64,000 bases of DNA from Candidatus Latescibacterota bacterium (GTDB lineage Bacteria > Latescibacterota > UBA2968). The notes beneath the pieces were generated by a model, which had not been told where the DNA came from, did not search any database, and saw only the letters and a list, made by a program, of their open reading frames with translations. Positions 59,217 to 64,000 of this stretch are shown here, in pieces (the stretch's first letter is position 1; the number at the start of each line of letters is the position of its first letter). The stretch lies in NCBI GenBank assembly GCA_965116885.1, contig OZ220741.1, forward strand, positions 3,872,001 through 3,936,000, read 5' to 3'. The translations under genes and the position numbers were made by a program.

Positions 59217-60224
59217 TCACGAACTACGCGGCCGAAACCGGTTTATTGCATCGTCTGCCCGCGCGTGATTTGCATCAATCGTGCGCCCGGCATTGTGCGG
59301 TGTGTGAACCACATTGTGGCGGCCAAGCAGTGGAGAATCCAAACGCACCGGTTCAATGTCCCAGACGTCTGCGGCCAGGGCGAGTTCGTCATTGAGGACC
59401 CGTTGATACAATGTTTCGGTGTCGCAGATCGCTGCGCGTGTCACCAGAACGACGAGCGATTGATGCGGCAATGTGCGAATGGCCTCCGGGCCAACCAGCC
59501 CACGCGTATCGTCCTTCAGGGGGACTATCGGCGCAAAGATATCGGCGTCTTTCACGAGTTCTGAGAGATCGAAGCATCGCCTGACACCGGCGAGCGTAAA
59601 CGATGCCTCCGGTGCAAATGGATCCCAGACGGCTACATCTGCTCCCATGTTCGAACACCATGAAGCGTACCGTCCTCCAATATTACCAATGCCAACGACG
59701 CGTACTCGCTTCCCCGCAATGGTGCCGCTCACAAAGCGTGGGTCGTCGCCAAATTGGACACCCCTTTGTCCGGGTTTGCCAACGTCTGGTTTGTATTGCC
59801 AGGTCTCGTGGCTCTCCATCATTTCCACGTAGGTCTGCGGTATCCGTCGCAATGCACTTATTGTGAGCCCGAGTGCAAACTCGGCAACCGTTTGTCCCCA
59901 TTGAATGGTACCACGAGGGCGAATTATGTTCACCCCACGGGCGTGTGCGGCATCGAGGCCAGCGTTTGATTGGCCTGCTGCATCGTGGTAGAGTTCCTCA
60001 AGACCGGAAAATGGCTCGAGATCCTCAGTGTCAGCCGGAAGGCCAAGGAGGACGAGCCGATGTACCGATGAAGGATTCTCCACCATCTGTGGTGCTCGAG
60101 CCTCAGATGCCTCGGTGCGATAGAGTTCGCAGTCTCCTGATTCCTGCCAGCGGCGTTTCCAGTGGTCGGCCACAAAGGGCCAACTGGCGTCAAAGCGTTC
60201 GTGAACACAGATTACTGATCTCAT
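59217..60224 (-). CDS. D-2-hydroxyacid dehydrogenase-like NAD-binding protein
   Basis: GIGNIG, TRA, DVWDIEP, TPHNAG. Confidence 0.88.
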   Translation of the reverse strand: MRSVICVHERFDASWPFVADHWKRRWQESGDCELYRTEASEARAPQMVENPSSVHRLVLLGLPADTEDLEPFSGLEELYHDAAGQSNAGLDAAHARGVNIIRPRGTIQWGQTVAEFALGLTISALRRIPQTYVEMMESHETWQYKPDVGKPGQRGVQFGDDPRFVSGTIAGKRVRVVGIGNIGGRYASWCSNMGADVAVWDPFAPEASFTLAGVRRCFDLSELVKDADIFAPIVPLKDDTRGLVGPEAIRTLPHQSLVVLVTRAAICDTETLYQRVLNDELALAADVWDIEPVRLDSPLLGRHNVVHTPHNAGRTIDANHARADDAINRFRPRSS

Positions 60225-60285
60225 TATCTTCTCCTTAAAAATTATCTGTCAGTGCGATATAGTGATAAGATGCAATTTAGTGCAG

Positions 60286-60306
60286 AAATATATGTAAATC
60301 AAGTTT
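60286..60306. promoter_or_regulatory. Shared intergenic motif, copy 2 (reverse strand TTGATT-N17-TAAATT)
   Basis: 20/21 identity to 38073-38093; divergent intergenic region. Confidence 0.55.
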
Positions 60307-60421
60307 GCAGAGACATTGCCGATTATTTGTTCTGAGCATTCTCCTTGACACGCCCTCTCGAAGATCGTAGATAAGACCGATAGATCGAATGTCGGCAAAA
60401 GCCCATACGACAGGAGGAATT

Positions 60422-61807
60422 ATGGCACCTAATATTGTTTTGTTTCTTACGGATCAGTTGAGACGCGATGCGTTGGGGTGTTATGGCAATGAGATTTGTC
60501 AGACGCCCAATCTGGATCGACTCGCAGAGGAGGGTGTGCGATTTGATCAGGCATATACCACAAGTCCCGTTTGTTCACCTGCACGCGCTTCTTTGATGAG
60601 CGGTCTTTATCCTCACAATCACGGGGTGATGCTCAATACGCATATTGCGCCTGCGTGGAATAGGGGATTGTCAACAGATGTGCCGACGTTTAGCCGTTTG
60701 CTCAAAGAGGCGGGGTATGTGCTGGACTATGCGGGTAAGTGGCATGTCCATCAGGATATGGGACCTGAGGAATATGGCTTTGATCGGCATGAGATGGGGA
60801 GGGGAGGGCGTGGGCAAATAGTCCCTGGTACAGAATTGACGGTTGAGTTTCCCGGAAGTTCTTTTCCCGTGGCGGGTACAGGTGAGATGTCGCCAGAAGA
60901 GTACAAAACGTGGCAGGTAACGGATTGTGGAATCGAGATGTTGCGCGAACGGGCAGGAGGAGACAAGCCGTTTTTTTTGCGAATTGATGCAACAGCACCT
61001 CATTTTGCCAATATTGTGCCGGAGCCTTATGCATCGATGTACGACCCTGTATCCATTCCGCCCTGGCCAAATTTTGACGAGTCCTTTGAGGGCAAACCCG
61101 CGGCTCATTTGCGCAAACATCGAGAATGGAATCTTCAAGATAAAGATTGGGCGTGGTGGCGACAGGTGGTTGCCAAATATTACGGCGATGTGTCTCTGAT
61201 TGATACATGCGTGGGGCGCATGCTGGATGCGATACGGGAATGTGGGATTGAGGATAATACGATATTTCTTTTCAGTACAGATCACGGTGATGCCACGGGC
61301 AGTCACAAGCATTTTGAAAAATCCGGTACAATGTACGATGAAGTGTTTCGGATTCCATTGCTGATGAAAGTGCCAGGGGGCGTGAGTCGCAATGTGTCGC
61401 AATTTGTTCGGCTGATGGATTTGATGCCTACATTTGTCGAATGGGGGGGTGGAAAATTGCCCGAGGGATTGGATGCGAGGAGTTTGGTACCGCTTGTAAA
61501 TGGCGATGATCCCGACGATTGGGCAGATAGTGTGTATTGCGAAAGCCACGGTGAAGTGTGGGGCTATAGCTCGCAGCGAATGGTGCGGACAGAGAAATGG
61601 AAATACGTATATACACCTCACGACCTGGATGAATTATACGATCTCGAATCCGATCCCGCGGAGATGAAGAATCGGATTGATGACCCGATGTGCGCCGATG
61701 TGTTAGAGAATATGAAAGGTCGTTTGTTGGGATGGAATGACGCGACCAATGATATGTTTCAGTGGCATTGGGTGAGATTCAATTTTCCCGAGCCGATCGC
61801 GCCGTAA
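60422..61807 (+). CDS. Sulfatase (Cys-type)
   Basis: PNIVLFLTDQ, CSPAR, GKWH, STDHG; RBS AGGAGG. Confidence 0.94.
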   Translation: MAPNIVLFLTDQLRRDALGCYGNEICQTPNLDRLAEEGVRFDQAYTTSPVCSPARASLMSGLYPHNHGVMLNTHIAPAWNRGLSTDVPTFSRLLKEAGYVLDYAGKWHVHQDMGPEEYGFDRHEMGRGGRGQIVPGTELTVEFPGSSFPVAGTGEMSPEEYKTWQVTDCGIEMLRERAGGDKPFFLRIDATAPHFANIVPEPYASMYDPVSIPPWPNFDESFEGKPAAHLRKHREWNLQDKDWAWWRQVVAKYYGDVSLIDTCVGRMLDAIRECGIEDNTIFLFSTDHGDATGSHKHFEKSGTMYDEVFRIPLLMKVPGGVSRNVSQFVRLMDLMPTFVEWGGGKLPEGLDARSLVPLVNGDDPDDWADSVYCESHGEVWGYSSQRMVRTEKWKYVYTPHDLDELYDLESDPAEMKNRIDDPMCADVLENMKGRLLGWNDATNDMFQWHWVRFNFPEPIAP

Positions 61808-61830
61808 ATAATGGAAAACAAGGGTAAGAC

Positions 61831-62760
61831 ATGGAATATCGAGAGTTGGGAAAAACGGGTTTAAAAGTCTCTGTGCTGAGTTATGGGGCATCTGGTTTGG
61901 GTAGTATTTATGGAACGCCCGATGAAGCTCGGGGAATCAAAGCTGTACACACAGCAATTGACTGTGGGATCAATTTGATTGATACCTCGCCGCTTTACGG
62001 TGGGACAAAATCGGAGCGCGCGCTGGGGAAGGCTTTGAAGGAGATCCCTCGAGACAAATATTACCTGGCAACCAAAGTTGGGCGTTATGCCGGTGGGGTG
62101 TCCGATTTTTCAGCCGGACGAATTGTGGAAAGTATGGATGAAAGTCTTATGCGGCTGGGGTTGGATTATGTGGATATTTTCCAGTGTCACGATATCGATT
62201 TTGTCTCGCTGGATCAGATCATAGAAGAGGCACTTCCCACTTTGAGGCGGTTGCAAGAGCAGGGTAAGACCAGGTTTGTGGGCATCACTGGATTTCCGTT
62301 AAAAGTCTATCGACATGTGCTCGATCGGACGGATGTGGATACGGTGCTGTCGTTTTGCCACTATATGCTACATGACACGTCCTTTGAAATGTTGGTGCCT
62401 TATTTAAGGAAAAAGGGCGTGGGCATGATCAATGCTTCACCTTTGGGGATGGGGCTGTTCACTGAACGCGGACCAGCGCCAGGGCATCCTGCCACCGAAA
62501 AGATCAAGCGGGTTTGTGCAAAAGCTGTGGCGTTTTGCAAGCAGAAAGGCGAGAACATTTCTAAGCTGGCTATGCAATTTGGATTGGCCAGCCCAGATTT
62601 TGCAACGACGCTGGTCGGTACAACACGGCCTGAACATTTGAAAGAGAATATCGAGTGGTTAGAATCGCCGATTGATGAAGCATTACTTGCTGAGGTACTT
62701 GAGATCCTGAAGCCGATACGAAATACAACATGGACGCGTGGACTACCCGAGAACAATTGA
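61831..62760 (+). CDS. Aldo/keto reductase (L-galactose dehydrogenase-like)
   Basis: GINLIDTSPLYG, ATKVGRY, QCHD, NASPL. Confidence 0.92.
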   Translation: MEYRELGKTGLKVSVLSYGASGLGSIYGTPDEARGIKAVHTAIDCGINLIDTSPLYGGTKSERALGKALKEIPRDKYYLATKVGRYAGGVSDFSAGRIVESMDESLMRLGLDYVDIFQCHDIDFVSLDQIIEEALPTLRRLQEQGKTRFVGITGFPLKVYRHVLDRTDVDTVLSFCHYMLHDTSFEMLVPYLRKKGVGMINASPLGMGLFTERGPAPGHPATEKIKRVCAKAVAFCKQKGENISKLAMQFGLASPDFATTLVGTTRPEHLKENIEWLESPIDEALLAEVLEILKPIRNTTWTRGLPENN

Positions 62761-62800
62761 AATATAAGCGCTGAGCGGGCGCAATATGAATTTCTGGGCA

Positions 62801-62838
62801 TTGACATTCAGTGCCATTTTTATAATAATATTGTTATA
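62801..62838 (+). promoter_or_regulatory. Promoter/operator: TTGACA plus near-perfect palindrome TATAATAATATTGTTATA
   Basis: Palindrome at 62821-62838 upstream of the HTH gene. Confidence 0.6.
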
Positions 62839-62898
62839 TTGACCTGAACCGTTAAGAGGCAAATCCTGATCAGCATTTGTTTGAAGGAGACGTGACCA

Positions 62899-63219
62899 AT
62901 GGCTAAGACTCGAGATGCAAATCGAATCCTGGATGAGGTGACAGGGGATGATGAAGAATTGCGGCAAATGATTGCTGAGGAGACTGTCAATGCAGAAGTT
63001 GCTCGCTTGATCTATAAAGTTAGAAAGACGGCAGGCTTGACACAGGCTGAATTGGCGGAATTAATTGGATCAAAACAGCCAGTTATTGCACGTCTTGAAG
63101 ATGCGGATTACGAAGGGCATTCACTTACGATGCTTCAGCGAATCGCGATCGCGTTGAACCAAAGACTTGAGATTAATTTTGTGCCAGCGAAAGGCCAGCA
63201 GGAGAATGTTTTAATATAA
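62899..63219 (+). CDS. XRE-family HTH protein (HigA-like antitoxin), orphan
   Basis: RKTAGLTQAELAELIGSKQPVIARLEDADYEGHSL. Confidence 0.9.
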   Translation: MAKTRDANRILDEVTGDDEELRQMIAEETVNAEVARLIYKVRKTAGLTQAELAELIGSKQPVIARLEDADYEGHSLTMLQRIAIALNQRLEINFVPAKGQQENVLI

Positions 63220-63249
63220 AAGACGTTCCAGCAAGTGATTCTTGTTGAT

Positions 63250-64000
63250 CTATACTGCGTATTGCTTCACGGCCTCGGGGTCCAGTTCCAGGCCCAGACC
63301 GGGTTTGTCGGGGTTGGGCGACCAGACGCCATTGACCGGCTCGGAAAATTCTGTGTAGGTTATCCGGTCGGATTCTTCTATCGTGCCGAGGTATTCCACA
63401 ATTCGTAGATTCGGAGTCGCGCAAGATAGATGCAGGTGGATGAGCTGGTAGGCGTGGGGCGCAACGGGCAGGTTGAAGGCGTGGGCCAAATGCGCTACTT
63501 TCATCCATTCGGTGATGCCGCCGACCCGGCCCACATCGGGTTGGACGATATCCGCGCCGCCCCGGGCGATGAGGTCTTTAAAGCCGTATTTGGTGTACTC
63601 GTGTTCGCCCGTTGCGATGGGAATTGTGGTGGCACGGGCAATGGCGGCCAGGCCTTCGATGTCATCAGCCAGCACGGGTTCTTCAAACCAGCCGATGTTG
63701 TATTCCTCAAACGCCTGAGCCATGCGAATGGCTTGTTTGGCGTAGTATCCATTATTTGCGTCAATGAGAATCTCCACGTCATCGCCCAGTGCTTTCCGCA
63801 CCGCAGATAGTCGCGCCACATCTTCAGCTTCACTTTGGCCAAAATCTTTGCCGACCTTCATTTTGACGGACTTCATGCCGCGTTCTACATAGCTGGCCTG
63901 TTCGGCAATTAATTCATCTACGCTGAAGTGGGTCCAACCGCCACTACCGTAAACCGGGACGGTGTCCGTATAAGGACCGAGCAGTTTGTAGAGGGGGGTT
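63250..64000 (-). CDS. Mandelate racemase/MLE-family enzyme, 5' end outside the window
   Basis: Frame is open to the window end (PLYKLLG...VYGSGG); KMK, DAN, WFEEP, TGE, QPD, PH. Confidence 0.92.
   Translation of the reverse strand, partial: TPLYKLLGPYTDTVPVYGSGGWTHFSVDELIAEQASYVERGMKSVKMKVGKDFGQSEAEDVARLSAVRKALGDDVEILIDANNGYYAKQAIRMAQAFEEYNIGWFEEPVLADDIEGLAAIARATTIPIATGEHEYTKYGFKDLIARGGADIVQPDVGRVGGITEWMKVAHLAHAFNLPVAPHAYQLIHLHLSCATPNLRIVEYLGTIEESDRITYTEFSEPVNGVWSPNPDKPGLGLELDPEAVKQYAV

Noticed and set aside
60345..60373. TTGACA-N17-TAGATA promoter before the sulfatase
   Set aside because: The -10 lacks the conserved final T and there is no other support.
1..64000. CRISPR array, rRNA, tRNA (including selC), integron attC sites
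   Set aside because: I saw no regularly spaced repeats, cloverleaf or attC-like palindromes. Intergenic regions are mostly very short. This was by eye, not a covariance-model search.

Overview
Bacterial window rich in catabolic accessory genes: five Cys-type sulfatases, four enolase-superfamily enzymes, three PhyH-like dioxygenases, a GH2, a heparinase II/III-like lyase, ABC exporters and a DUF6785-like membrane protein. The gene repertoire and the dockerin-like DFxGxGxVDFxDFL tags suggest a Latescibacterota/Poribacteria-like organism (inference only). The main hidden signals are: (1) a probable unannotated selenoprotein at 35486-36766, with an in-frame UGA in a GC-T-U motif, a SECIS-like hairpin and a thioredoxin/SelN-like fold; (2) a 10 kb cluster of exported dockerin/EF-hand-tagged proteins (YHYH, metallophosphoesterase, sulfatase, duplicated Spy-like domain) around an ECF sigma / anti-sigma / Spy-CpxP-like trio, with a repeated CG(A/C)AGG-N16-CGTCTAA promoter; (3) an IS605-family tnpB element whose two flanks come from different broken genes; (4) two toxin-deleted, antitoxin-retained loci; (5) pervasive mosaicism, with duplicated promoters, duplicated gene starts, chimeric gene scraps and gene-by-gene GC-skew flips. 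I saw no rRNA, tRNA or CRISPR array. All family calls come from motif recognition, not database searches.
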